Origin: Rhizodiscina lignyota
Taxonomy: Eukaryota
Assembly: GCA_010015805.1 (NCBI GenBank)
Contig: ML978146.1
Location: 62,001-126,000, forward strand
DNA length: 64,000 bases
Reading direction: 5' to 3'
Positions 50,364-63,782 of the stretch are shown piece by piece (within the stretch, counting starts at the first letter, position 1; the number at the start of each line of letters is the position of its first letter). The notes beneath the pieces are model-generated. The model made no database searches and had not been told where the DNA came from. It saw nothing but the letters and a program-made list of their open reading frames with translations. A program made the translations under genes and the position numbers.

Positions 50364-52181
50364 ATGGCATTGTCCACGCTGTCGAGTGCGGGTCTCGCTG
50401 TCCTGCGGTCAGTGAGTGCCACGGAGATTCTTGTATTCTTTGCCGTAGTAACAATTATCCACGTGCGTAGAGTTTCAGATATGCTCTACACTCCAACATG
50501 CTCTTGAGATCTTTCTGAACTGATCTTTGCTTGAAAGTATGTATTGTTGGTCATTTACCGACTCACCTTCCACCCGCTCGCACGATACCCCGGAAACTTC
50601 ACCGACAAAATTTCAAGCTGGCCATTGATATACCAATGCTACCGTGGCAACAGGCACTTGCGCATTCTCGAGGCGCACAAGAAATATGGTATCTCGCGAA
50701 TGTTTTCTTATTTCCTGCGGCACTAACATTATCACTCAGGCTCAGTCATACGTATCGCGCCGGACACTCTGGACTTCGACACGACAACGGCCATGGCGGC
50801 GATCCACAGGGACCGCAACGCCAACGTCCGAAAAGGAGCGTGGTACAAGACAGTCGACGCGGAAACAGGAACCTTCAGTGTGCAGACCGTCATCGACAGA
50901 AAGGAGCACAACTTCCGCCGGCGCATCTTGGAGCCTGCGTTCTCGCACAGTGCACTGCGTATCCAGGAGCATTTCATTGACAACAACGTGCGCGTCTTTC
51001 TGCATGAGATGGGCAAGGATGTGCAGGAGGACGGCTGGACAACTCCAAAGGATTTCTCGCAGTGGATTACCTACTTTGGCTTCGACTTTATCAGCGACCT
51101 TGCCTTTGGATCATGCTTCAGACTGCTCCAATCGCCTGAGCACCGCTATCTTCCTGACCTGCTAAAATGGACTAGCCACTTTGTGTACTATGTAAGTTGG
51201 ACGTCCTCGCCCTACGTTTTAGGTGTTGGTTTACCTCCCATCACCCTCTAATCACCTGATGTGTAGGCCGGCTATCTCCCCTTTGCTCCGCTTGTACGCG
51301 CTGTTATGGGCACGTCAATCATGAACCATGTTCCAAGCCAAGCAGCCCGCGACACGCACAAGTACTACCTTGAGGCTGAAAGCAAGTTGGGCGAGCGAAG
51401 TGCCGCCGAAGAAGAGGCATGGTCGAGCGGTAAAGAAGGCCGCCGCGACATCTTCCACTACCTCTTCCGTACCCGCGACCCCGAAACCAACATCGGCCTG
51501 AGCCACGAGCAGCTTCAAGCCGACTCGGGCCTCCTGATAGCTGCCGGCTCCGATGGGGTAGCAGTCACCGTGTCTGCTGCGCTGTTCTACCTCCTGCATA
51601 ACTCGTCAAGCATGGCCAAACTCGTGCACGAGATCCGCTCTTCCTTCGCGACGCTCGATGACGTCCGCAACCCGCAAATGAACCGTCTCCCCTATTTACA
51701 AGCTGTGATCGACGAATCGCTGCGCTTGGCCCCAAGCGTGCTCTCCGCATTCCCGCGCGAGGTTCTGCGCGGCGGCCTCAACGTCGACGGCCTGCATGTC
51801 CCGGTCGGCATGACTGTCGGCGTGTCAGGCTACGCGATCCACCACAACGAGACTTACTTTCCAGACTCGTTCGCTTTTCGGCCGGAGCGCTGGCTCGGCG
51901 ACGGCGAGAGTGTCTCACTGGCTCGGAGCGCGCTGATCACTTTCGGCGCGGGGACGTACAACTGCATTGGCAAGAACGTTGCCATTGCTGCTGCCAAACT
52001 CGTCCTCGCTAAGACAATCTACGCGTACGACGTCAAAGCGGCAAGAGGGAAGGTGACTGGCGGTGGCGGGCCGGCGGCAGGCAGGGGGAGAGAAAGGGAG
52101 GACGAGTATCAGCTGCTGGACTATCTGGTTGCGTACAGATCTGGGCCGATGGTGCAATTCAGAACCAGGAATGAGAAATGA
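50364..52181 (+). CDS. Cytochrome P450 (CYP53/CYP548-like clan), multi-exon; start inferred
   Basis: YRLTFHPLARYPG, HKKYG, FDFISDLAFG, AGSDG, ESLR, PERW, heme FGAGTYNCIG. Confidence 0.88.
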
Positions 52182-52998
52182 ATCCAATGTTTTCTTCTTT
52201 CCACAGCCTCTACGGAGCGCTGATGTTGATCTGACATGATGTATGACCAGCTCTCATATGTAACGATCGTAATGCAGTGCTTTTGGTAGCTTCGATTGGA
52301 CTGCATTCTCTTGACCTCTCGCTCCCAGGGCCCGGCCGAAGTTCGCAAAGCACTAATCAGGAAAGCAGTTCAATATTAATTGCGTCAATCAATTCAACGT
52401 TCCAAGGGGACGCATTCGTTTGGCTTACACAGCCCGTACGATACCCGCGTCAATTGCAATAGAGGTCCAGCTTTGGGCCGGCAAACTGCATTGGAAAGTA
52501 AAACACCGCATCTGCCGGTACGAAAAGGGCGTGGGCACCGAACGAACGAATCCGTTGGCCGGTTCTACAATCTGCAGAGAGGCGGCCGCTACGAAGTATG
52601 CAACGAACGACCGTTGAAGTTGAAGATGGAAATTCTACAATACTCTAAGCAGGATGTGGAACGATGATGCAATGACGTTAGGGGTAAATGGGGTGACACA
52701 CTTAATGGGAATGATTATTGAGTTAATCTCCGCGATGCGCAAACCCACAAAAGTTCTGTACTTTATCTGACTGCGAGTCTATATACCAAACATCATCTAG
52801 AATAGGCAGAACCGATAAATCTAGTCAAGCCGTCTTATGAAACAAGGTATAAGAAATAGATATGACAGGTGTCGAATAGCTTTTATCCTTTATCCTAGTT
52901 CCCTCCCCGTCACACCGTAGACCCGCCTTCGCACCTTTGTAGCTCAAAAATTAAACAAAACTGCCAAACATGTAAACAGCAAAAAAATAAGACAAAAA

Positions 52999-53117
52999 AC
53001 ATACGACAGGAGGGATTCCCACGCGGTCACCCATCGTAGTACTAACATCCCGCTTTGTGACTTGAGTACGGTCGATCGGACGAGAGGCCCTATTTTCCAC
53101 AAGCTATGGCCGTATGT
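52999..53117 (-). rRNA. Dispersed 5S rRNA gene (divergent type)
   Basis: Minus strand ACATACGGCCATAG...GTTAGTA...GGGTGACC...GAATCCC...GTCGTATGT, 119 nt; ends pair with each other; T-run terminator; TATAAA at about -29 (53141-53146). Confidence 0.93.
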
Positions 53118-53689
53118 GACAGCGGGTGACTATGGTATTGTTTATAGAGGTTGATCTCATCCCCTGATATTTAATTTCCTCCTTTATTCTCCTCACTTAC
53201 AGTATTCTACTGCCTGGAGATGGCTGCACAAATTGTGCTGGATGATGGATATCGACCCGCAGCAAAATTTTTATCCCTACAGGCGAAAAATATCTCGAGA
53301 CGGTGATCCACACACTCAACGCAGATTTCATTGCTTAATTCATTATTTTCTCATGTCTCATAAAGATCCCACAGATATAGCATTTTTCTAAACCCTCCAA
53401 AAATCATTTTCGATTACTTTCCCATGATCCGAAGAACAAGTTTTTCCTCGTGTCCATTCATCCAAGTCAAAATGCGACACGTATCGCCAGCTCAGACCTC
53501 GGATTTCCAAGCCCTTTCGCCTACTAAATGCATCTTTCCCTGAGGTGTCGCGGTTTCTTGTACTTCTCTCTGCTGAGATGACCCTTCACATTGTTTCATC
53601 GCGACAGGCTTGACAGGGCTTTACGAAGCAGAAGGACCGGTGGTTGGCAACGATTCAGCTTGCGGTGTTGCTATGTACACACGTCAGAT

Positions 53690-56600
53690 CTACATATCGC
53701 CAAAGTATTGCGTTCCAAACATGTAGCTGAGATCCCCACCTTCCTGTCCGCTGAACATATTCTCCCATTCAGCCCAGTCAATGTTCGGCGTCGGCCCGCC
53801 GCCGGGCACGATCAGGTCGGCCTGCGACGTCTGCCCGAGAGATGGCGCGGCGCCGATGGATGTCGCGACCGATTGTGCGCGAGCTTCTTCGGACGGACCG
53901 GGTATGCGTCCTTCCAAGATGGCAATGCCTCGCTCCCGTTGGGCTGCTAGTCGTGCCTGACGTTCCGACTCGTCCTCACCCTCGGCAAATCCAATCTGCC
54001 TTGAAGCTCGCTCTTTGGCGCGCTCCAACACTTCCTCTCTTGTGAATAGAACGTCTGGATCAACATTGGCCTTCGTCCAAGCGCGTGCCCTTAGTCGCCA
54101 GATGAGCTCCCACGCTTCGTGGCCGCCTTCTGTCAACGGGCGCCCAAGCAGCTTGGATCCGTCGAAATATGTGATGCCGCTGCCGTCGGGGTCACAGAGC
54201 GCCATTGCTTCGTCGACTATTTCTCGTGCATCTCTCGATCCTGGGCCGTATGGGTCCTTATCAACCTCTCGAATGAGGATCATGATCGCGTGGAGCGGCT
54301 GGTATTTACCCGGCCAGGCCCACTGGAAGGGGCGGAAATCAATGTCGACTGCCAGATATATGAATTTCATTATATATGATCTGCTATAGTCGATGATGCT
54401 ACGAAGAGGTCAGCAAAATGTCACGCACAAAAGAATAAGATCGGAGCTCGACTTTACGAACCTTGGACGCAAGTCAGCCCACATGGAGCTGATAGTTGAA
54501 TGCTCAAGTGGAATATACAAGAGACCCCAGCTCCTTGCGTACATCGCAGACAGCGATAAGCGAGTCCACTTGTTGAGGGCAGGGTTGGTAGCATGTGTTG
54601 CCATTGTTGGGCCTACATCTCCACCGTATCTGCCGGAAGATTGGGAAATGCGTCTGATGCGCGAGAATAGGTCTGATCGTAATTGTTCCATTGCGATTCT
54701 AATATCAGCGACATCACTACGGGTCATAGGCTTCTGCTGGAATAACTTGGAGAGAAAGTACTTGATGGCAACTATTCAAAGTTAGTAAAGCACAATGATC
54801 TGGACGGAAATAACGCTAGCCCACCCATTGTTCGATATTTTCCCCAAGCAAAGATTGCACACGTAGACACAAGCGAAGACTGATTCGGATCTTCAGGGGA
54901 GTCGACAGACATTGCCGGACGCGTCCCAGCTGCGACGTCTCTCTCGTACTCCACAGCCTCTGCAGTGCCGATGAAGTGATCTTTAACCTCGCTGATGGGT
55001 TTTACATCCCATGAGGCGTCGTCGATGAGCGGCGGCAGACCAGCAGACATTGCTATGCTGACATCGTGAAAGTACACGAGCCACCACAAGCGGCGACGTG
55101 ACTCGATGGCGACAGGGCTAAGGAGTGGAAAGCAGGAAGGATCTTTGTTGAGCCCAAGCATCTGCGAGATTCGCACCGCCACTCCCATGAAGGAGCAGCA
55201 AACCAAGGGCTCCTCCTCTGCAGTATTGCAATATGGATTAGCATGTGTGCAGAGGCCAATTAGTGAATCCTGACGAACCTCTGAACCATACAGTCTGAGC
55301 AATCATATATGCTGTCAGCGACTCGACCGAAGGTGTTCTTGCAAAGCTCGCCTGTCTCAGCGCTTTCGTGGTCTGCTTATACAGCTCACGAGATATCTCT
55401 GATCGAGGTCTGCCGCTGAAATATTCATCCATTCCTGAAGTAGGACCGATCACGGAGCCAGCAAAGAGAACTGCATAGAGGAGCGATATATATGGAGGAC
55501 TAGCCTGGACTCTCTCTCGCTCTGCCGCCCACAGAGACTCATACTCCTCGAGGAACGTAGGGACGTGCAGAGCTGGGGCGACGGCTTGATAATTTTTCAT
55601 AAACGTCTCCACGAGATAGTCACATTGTGGCTTCCTCGGAAGCAGAGACAAGTCGACAAGCAGTGGCTTCTGGCGCTTGGAAGTGCTCGGAACTTTGTAA
55701 AGTTCATCTACGGGCGGCTGAGGAAAGTAGTCACCCGCATATTCGCTCACTGTTGGCATCCGGAACGGAATCGTAGTCGTAGACCCAAGCCCTGGTGGCC
55801 CAGATCTAGAGCTAGTTGCTGAACCGGATCCAGGAGACTCTGCAGTGTCGCTGGCAGTGGGTGTTGGAATATCATATCTGTTCTGGCTGCGGAGCAGCTC
55901 ATCCAGTTTTGAAGCCTGAGAGGCGTGTCAATCTCGGCCGCTTGCACACGTGATTGAGGGGGGATTACCTCGTCGCAAATGGAAGCCCAGAAGTAGTTGC
56001 CCACATACTTGGTCCTGCCGCCGCTCTGGATGTTCAAGTGCCCGTTCTCCGTGTCGGTTTCGACAGGAGCCTCGTCCCCAGTTTGCCTCGCGCGTTTCGG
56101 TATCGGAAGCGCCGCTGCAGCGGGAATGTCAACTATTTGAAAATCAGAGCCTGTGATAAGAGAGTGCGGCCGACGAACCTTCGGACGGCCGACTGGATGC
56201 CTCGCTTGAGGACTGGCCTGCTCATAGACATGAATGACTAATCGTCAATGGAAAATGGCTCAATGGCATACGCATTGCCTGCACTAGCCCGGTAAGACTC
56301 TCAAGGCGAGCCTCAATCGCTCGGAGCCGCTCCGGAGATGCATGCTGCTCGATCGCAGACGATGCTGTGCTCCGCGACGAAGACCCTGCCGCGGTGGCTA
56401 CGGCGCTGGACGAGGTCCCGCTACTAGGTGCATCGCCATACACGCACTACAGATGGTCAGAAGAGAGAGAATTGATTAAGGAATTCGAACATACCTGAAT
56501 ATTGAAGTTCCTGCAAGAGGAGCATGCTGGCCGAGCCTGGAGAAAGCCGGGAGATCAGCGAGAGACGCTCGGCTTACGTCGGGACATGTCAGAGGCTGCT

Positions 56601-56696
56601 GCTGAATCATACCATATCGCATTTAACCTTCCGCGCGCGACATTCTTGACACGTATTTACCTCGCGCGGACGGCGAATCCGAGGCCTTTCACTCAT
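53690..56696 (-). CDS. Zn2Cys6 transcription factor with fungal TF middle homology domain, multi-exon
   Basis: TCQECRARKVKCDM|ARPACSSC...|C cluster over three exons; YVGNYFWASI, LHVPTF, GLNKDP, RRRLWW, FQWAWPG. Confidence 0.92.
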
Positions 56697-57200
56697 TGTC
56701 GCGACGTCGAACGCGTCTTCACGTGACCAGGCGGCGGCCGAGAGCTGAAGGTAGACGAGAACACAAGAACACGGCCGTGAGAAGGCGCCGTGACACCAAG
56801 ACGCTCGACTCGGCTGAAAAAGACAATCTCGTACGGTGCGGCCGCGACAAGTGCTGTTCTGGGTAAACTCACATCGAGGGTGGACTGTGGGGAGGACTCG
56901 GCCGATAAATACACCACAGCGACCAGGGCCACAGGGGGCGTGATGACTAACCTTCGTGCTTCGTTTACAGCTGTGCATCGCAAACCTTGGCGATCTGTTG
57001 CTCATCCTTCAGTCTCTGCTCCACTTCAGTCCAGTCGCAAGCACCGTGGCGGGCATACATGGTGGGCAAGAGAAGAAGAGAAGTGTTGGCTGGGGAGGAT
57101 ATAACAGCCGAAAGGGGGCCCATGTTCCATGAGATGGATCAACGGCCGCAGCCCTGCCCTCCGACATCACCAAAGATTACGCTTCGCAGAAACTTGCACA

Positions 57201-58209
57201 ATGGCTTCAGCAATCAAGACTGTTGGTGTTTTGGGAACCGGAGTCATCGGCTCCAGCTGGACTACGCTGTTCCTCAGCAGAGGCCTGAAGGTCATTGTGT
57301 CAGACCCAGCCCCCGGCGCTCAGCAACATCTCGATGATTTCATAAAGCGAGCATGGCCCTCGATGCAACGCATTGGCCTCTCTGCTGACGCTTCTCCGTC
57401 CAACTACAAGTTTGTGGATGATCTTGCCAACCATTTGGATGATGTAGACTTTGTCCAAGAGGTACATATCCTGAACAAGACCTTTGATGAGAAGCTAATC
57501 CAAGGCACAGAACGCACCAGAAAAGAAAGAGTTCAAGTCGAAACTGTTCGGAAATCTCGATGCCAAAGCCAAGCCGGGCTTGATTCTTGCATCTTCCTCC
57601 TCTGGGATTCCATCATCCCAATTCGTCGATGGCTGCACAAAAGCGCCCGAGAGAGTCTTGATCGGACATCCTTTCAACCCGCCGCATCTCATTCCTTTGG
57701 TCGAAGTCGTTCCTCACCCTGGAACCGCAAAGGAGGTCACTGAAACAGCAATCGACTTTTATCGTTCGCTGGGCAAACATCCGATCTTGATCAAGCAAGA
57801 AGTCCCTGGTTTCGTCGCAAACCGCCTTCAAGCCGTACTCGGGAACGAAGGGAATGCTCTGGTGGAACGAGGGATCGTGTCTGCAGAGGACCTTGATACT
57901 GCCGTCACTTCATCTCTCGGTATGAGATGGGCTGTTACTGGGCCGGTCATGACCAACATTCTTGGAGGAGGTGGCGGGAAAGACGGGTTCATGAGGATCC
58001 AGAAGAGTATTGGCCGTTCCGCTCAAGTGTGGCTTAAAGATATGGCTGAGCACCCGTTCACGCCAACAGACGAGAGCCTCGAGAAGGTGAATGATAGCGT
58101 GCTTCAGTGGATCGAGCACCTTGAGCTGGCCACTGTCGAGGAGGAGAGAGACAATGTGGTTCTGACCATAATGGATCTCAAGAAGCAGTATGTCAGTATC
58201 CACCAATGA
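57201..58209 (+). CDS. 3-hydroxyacyl-CoA dehydrogenase family (lambda-crystallin/L-carnitine dehydrogenase-like), 2 exons
   Basis: VGVLGTGVIGSSW, FVQE|NAPE, ASSSSG, IGHPFNPPHL.PLVEVV, PGFVANRLQ, LGMRWA..GP. Confidence 0.93.
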
Positions 58210-58935
58210 GCTTTAGCAATAGAACATCAGATAGAGTTTGGTGCAATTGCAACTATCGTATGAATTGTTCTCATATATTGTCCAATCCACAGTTATGCGG
58301 TCTTCGTCGTTCATTGGACTATGCTCTCGTCTGTTGAGACAGAGTACAACACACTAATTTCTCGGCATGGAATTCCCAGTAACTGCAACAGTCGCGTACA
58401 TCTCGAGCTGCGTCTAATGCCATTTTGACGATATCATCCCAACGCAATTCTGCGAGGTGTTTGGCGAGGTTCTCGTGTTCACGGCGAATCCGCAAGACTG
58501 ATCGTGATCCCATTCAGCTGTTCAACGATCTCCACTGCATGAAGAAGCTTCCCCGCGTGATTTGCATCGTTCTCGGTGTTGTTATCGTCCGGGATATCTT
58601 GTGTTGGAAAATGCGACAATACAGGTCCACTTTGGCGATGCTCGCCACTCGGCCGAGTGATGCCCTGGGATGTCGAAGTTCGAACCACCATCACGGTTTC
58701 ACGCGTCGTGCCCAGGAGCATCATTTTCAAGGTGATGACAAAGCCAATGTCATGCAGCCAACAATGAAGGTCGCCGTGGATACCGAATTAAGGCGGCCGA
58801 GGTGTTGTCTTTGTTTTGATCAGAAATCAAGAAATAAATTGAATGAACTGCACATTTGTAGTTGGGTCATCAACATTTTGCGATATTTGGTTCTCTCTCC
58901 ACGCTGAAAAGACTTGAAAGTTCAATTGAGAAATA

Positions 58936-60751
58936 ATGTCTTCGCCTTACGGTTCGGGAACTGTTGTTGATACTTCTTTCACACCAGTACCGCAAGAATG
59001 TCGTCGTATCTTGCACGAGCTTGCCACGAAGACGCCTGGATTCACGCAGGACGAGGCATTGCTCGATGGAGTTGACTTTGTCGGCCATGACCTTCCTTGC
59101 ATTCCAGGTCCCATCAAGTCTGTTGCATTCACCGCAGTGCTCCATGCTATGGCTGGGATCATTGGACACGAGATTCTGGAACTTCGAGGAATCAAGACGA
59201 ACAAGAAGACGTCCATCAACACCGACCAGGCTGGCTTATATTTGGCGAGTCCTTGTACGGTCAGCATTGATGGCGCCGATGGCCCTGACGCGCTGAAGGC
59301 TCCAAACATTCTCGACCTGAGTGGTGGTGCGGTGAATAGTCCTCTTGTGCTTCGTTCTCAGGCAATCTATCCAACAAAGACGCCGAACGTCTGGTTTCAG
59401 GTACGCAGTACAGTCACTGTCTTTGCCAGACGACGGTACAGAAATGTTTACATTTCCGCAGCTGCATGGATCGACGAATCCTTGGCCGGTATTGGCAACA
59501 ATGGGTGTCGATCCCCACGCTCCAGTCAAGACGGGAGATGAAGGATACGAAATAATCAAGAACCAAATGATCAAATACACGGCGAGGGACCTTGAAATGA
59601 TTATGATGGAGCACGGCTTCGCTGGATCCATCGTCTATTCGCCCGAGGATTGGCTGAAAATCCGCCCTGCGCAGATCCTGGCACTGCATCCACTGATCAA
59701 CTACAACAAGGTGCCCTTGAGCAGTGGCATGCCAGCACCAGCTTTCACCGGAACCTCTGCAGATGACAAGCGCCCACTCGCTGGGACCAAGGTCCTTGAG
59801 CTCGCCCGCATCATTGCCGCTCCAGCCTGTGGAATGACGCTTGCTGCAATGGGTGCCGAAGTCGTTCGTGTGCAGACGGACAAGCTGGTGGACTTTGTGG
59901 TGAGTAAATCTCGCAAATACTTGCCTCAGAATTGGCCGCTGACAAACCTGTAGCCTGCTCAACTCAGCTTGATGGCCGGCAAAGCGGCTTACAAACTTGA
60001 TATTAACGACGAAGAAGACAAGAAAATACTCATGGATCTCATGTCAGAAGCCGATGTCATCATCCAAGGATACCGCCTCAGGTCTCTGGAGCGCAGAGGC
60101 TTCGGCCTCGATGTATGCCTCGAGATGGCCGCCAAGCGTGGTAAGGGTATTGTTTACCTCGATGAGAACTGTTACGGCCCCGACGGATACTATGCCGAGA
60201 GACCAGGATGGCAGCAGGTCGCGGATGCTTGTGCCGGAAGCTCATATGTCATGGGAAAGGCCTTCGGTTACCCAGAAGGTCAAGGAATCTTGCCGTCGCT
60301 GCCAATCAGCGACATGTCCACGGGTATCATGTCCGCGGTGACAATTTTGTCCATGGTAAGAGATCGCGCCAGGTATGGAGGCAGCTGGCATGGAACTGCA
60401 AGCTTGGCTGCGTACAATGCAATGACCCTCCAACCGTGGATCGGCTTGTACCAACCGGGAATCGTCTCAAAGATCCAGGACCGGTTCGACTTTAAGGTTT
60501 GGGGAAGCGATATCCACGTCATTGAGCTGTACTACGCGATTTATTACGCCTGGAAGAATTCTGGAAAGAAGAGTGGTGACTTGATCAGAAACGAGGACCT
60601 GTTCGTTCATTTCAACAACAGTGCTTTCGGCAAGGATCTCCGCATTCTTGCACCCATCGTCAGGTATGACGATAAGGCCTCGTCGCCGCACTGGACAAAT
60701 CCGCCTGTTCCCTTTTGCTGGCACAAAGGTCCAAAGTGGGGTGGTATTTAA
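58936..60751 (+). CDS. CoA-transferase family III (CaiB/BaiF) protein, 3 exons
   Basis: RPLAGTKVLELARIIAAP, LAAMGAEVVRV, ADVIIQGYR, RPGWQQVAD, PISDMSTG. Confidence 0.92.
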
Positions 60752-61278
60752 TGAGTGAGGACAGCCATGGAGTTGCAACTTGGAAATAGATTGCTGACTA
60801 TTCCACTCATTTGACGTGTCGCTTCTGCGTGCAATGAGGATTCTTCCGTCAATAGTAATGCAAATTGAAATGTGTCAAGTTACGCTCCAGGAATTATGTT
60901 GGGCTGTGAATCATGCATCGTTTGTCCCAGGTGAAGAACCGTTTGACCGCACAAACTGTGTTGAGATTCTTAGGGCTTCCAATATATCGCGTGTAGAGAT
61001 TAGAGTCCCGTGTGGGACTTAAGCAGAAGCGTCGCATATTTACTATTCAGAAGATCCTGCGGTCCAACTGTCGGCGGGAATTGACGCTGCCACCCAACCA
61101 TCTTAGGACTCGCCGCTTCATCTTGACATCGCAGCGTATTGTGGGATAGTGTTCCTTAGGTTCTGATTACTGATTGAACAGGTGCAAAGGGTTGGTTGAA
61201 GGCTCGAGTTCGTTGCATTGCAACGAGTCTGTCCTCACTAGAAAATCTCGCGGGTCCTCGCGGGCCTTGGCATTGGAA

Positions 61279-61296
61279 AGGGTTAGGGTTTAGGTT
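61279..61296 (+). repeat. Short interstitial telomere-like repeat
   Basis: AGGGTTAGGGTTTAGGTT in intergenic DNA. Confidence 0.4.
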
Positions 61297-61792
61297 ATAA
61301 GGATGGCCAAACATTATTTCAGGCCGAGCTGAATTCTGGTCAAACCATCACCGAACACGCTCTACGATCAAATTATAAAGATATTTGTGTTGAGAGGAGA
61401 AATATAGATGCCCTATTCCATATACTTTTTGGTCAGACAGACCAGGGATATGTATGCTTCCCATCTACAACAAACGCTACCTCGCCAGGTGGGTGACAAA
61501 ATAGTTGAGTCCTATGAAGTTTGAACGAGTTCAGCAAAAGGGAAGCTTCCTCTTCAACGCTAGCGAGAGTATCTCTAAAAGGTCGATGAATTATATACTA
61601 GAGTCCGTTTATCTAAAATAAGTAGCTTCAGCGTGCACAACTTATATTAACTATCAAGGATATACAACCTCGTAGTTCTATGTATTGCAGCCACGAGTCA
61701 ACCATTTTATCACCCTCGTGCTCACCAAGTCCATTAATAAGGACCCAACCGAGAGAGACCAAGAAGATGCCGACCGATATATATATATCGAA

Positions 61793-63167
61793 CTATTCCG
61801 AGGACGCCCCTTCGCTGAACTTGACGCCGAACATGCCCCACACTCGTCGAATGTCCATGTCTTCGCTGACACGGTTAAAAGGCACCAAAATCTCCTTCCT
61901 GCCGCCATCTGTGATATAAATTACGCCCTCAGCCTTGAGACACCAATACGTCAGCCGCAGGAAAAGATCAAGTTAATTACGCGGGATGAAATTACCTTTC
62001 CTAAAGTCAACTTCGTCGCACCCTCAAGCTCCCGATTTGATACATATTTCTCTAGTTTGTTCGGCTTCCCCTGGATGAGCTTGACTATGTTACTAGCGAC
62101 TACTGCAGCCTGCATATGACCAGCGCGGCCCATCTTGGGAGCCCCAGTCTCGGCAACATCCCCAACAGCGAAGACGTGAGGCGCTTCGTCTCCGAGATTT
62201 TCAAGTCGAAGGTTTGGGTCGACGAGGATGCGTTTGGTTTCCTTTGACACGGACTGCGGCGACCAATCCATGATGAGCCCGGAATTTGGAGTCTGGCCCG
62301 TGCACCGGATCTTGAACGACATTCAGTCAACTATCCAACTTGCGGCACGGGAGAACTTACGATCAAATCGTAGCTGGAAGTCTGACCGTCTCCGAACCTC
62401 AGCTCTCCAGATCCTGGAGCGACAATTTGCGGCCGCTCGCCCAGAATGACTTTTATGTTTTGCTTCCTGATGGCGCCTAAAGCATATGATTGCAGTCGCG
62501 GGCCAAATTGGGGCAAGATGTGATCTCTTGAGTTGATCAAGGTAACATCCTTCTCCGGACGAAAGCTCTTTATATCGGTGGCCATCTCAATGCCAACAGC
62601 TCCACCGCCAACAACAGCAATCGAGTTAGCATTCTGAATGTTTTCTTGAGCAGTCTGTAGTTCTTTACACGCCTCTTCTTTATGTGTCGCCGACAGTTTC
62701 GCGGGCGGGAGCTGCGATGTTCCCGTTGCGATGGTCAGGTACTCGTACGGCAATTCTTCCCCAGATGCCAGGATCACTGAATCGTCTGAGATTCTAACCA
62801 CCTCGTCTTGGACAAGTTGAAATATGCCCTTGGGCGCATTTCGAGCGATGCCACTGTAAGGAATGAAGGCGCCCTTTTCGTATCCGGAAACCACACTGAA
62901 ACGAGGAAATGCGAAAACGTAGTGCAGGTGCGAATTCTTTTCCACCAGGACGACTCGGTAGCCTGTTGGAAGGCTCTCACATAGTCTCTTTGCGAGTTCG
63001 AAACCTGCAAACGATCCTCCTACAATGACCACGTTCTTTGGTGATGGTATTGCCTTGTATGTCCAACGGTGGTACGACGCTTGGATCCGCTCGATGATGA
63101 TTCGGCCGAGGAATGGGATCGCAACTCTGAAAATCTCGACGAAGAGCTTGATTTTATCTGGAAGCAT
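61793..63167 (-). CDS. AIF/AMID-like FAD/NAD(P)H pyridine nucleotide-disulfide oxidoreductase, 3 exons
   Basis: VVIVGGSFAG, IATGT, VVGGGAVGIEMA, CTGQTPNS, VFAVGDVA, KLTLG; last exon ends ...GASSE* at 61793. Confidence 0.9.
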
Positions 63168-63782
63168 ATTGAAAAGAGTTCTAATCTCATAGAGAATCGA
63201 AATCAGCTTTACAAACTGAAAAAAATGAAAAGAGAGAGAATCAGAAAGTTTATGATCTGATAAGATTAACTCCGCGAAGCCGTGGAGCCGTGGAGCGTCC
63301 ATGAACGAAATGTCTGTCTGTCTCTCCGATGTCGGAGCAACACGAATCGCAAGGGACTTTCGGATCCCCGGAGACTTGAGTTACCGGACTACTAAGTAGG
63401 CTTTACGCAGTACAATAGGATTTCTCCTATTTTATAACACTTCTTCGGCATCTTGGCTACAATTCTAATGACATATAAAAGGAAACAAACGAATGAATGA
63501 AGTAGGGAAAAGTATGCCACGGGGAGGGTTGGTGGTTTTATAGACGATCGATGGCGACAGGGGTATCCATCGAGGCGCTTTACCCGAAATGTGAGGCACC
63601 TTCATTATTCTTCGGAAAATACGATGGACGTACATTACAGTCACGCTTTATGAGTTTTCAAGAATCGTTTCTGACCTTGCAAATTTCTATATACGCTTCT
63701 TCTGCACATTAGAAACTGGACGAAGAACTTGCAGCGAGTTACGTACAGATGACGTGACAGCGACGCGTGAACTCAGCAGCCT

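Noticed and set aside
58319..58907. Overlapping ORFs between the dehydrogenase and CoA-transferase genes
   Set aside because: Possible relic, but no identifiable homology
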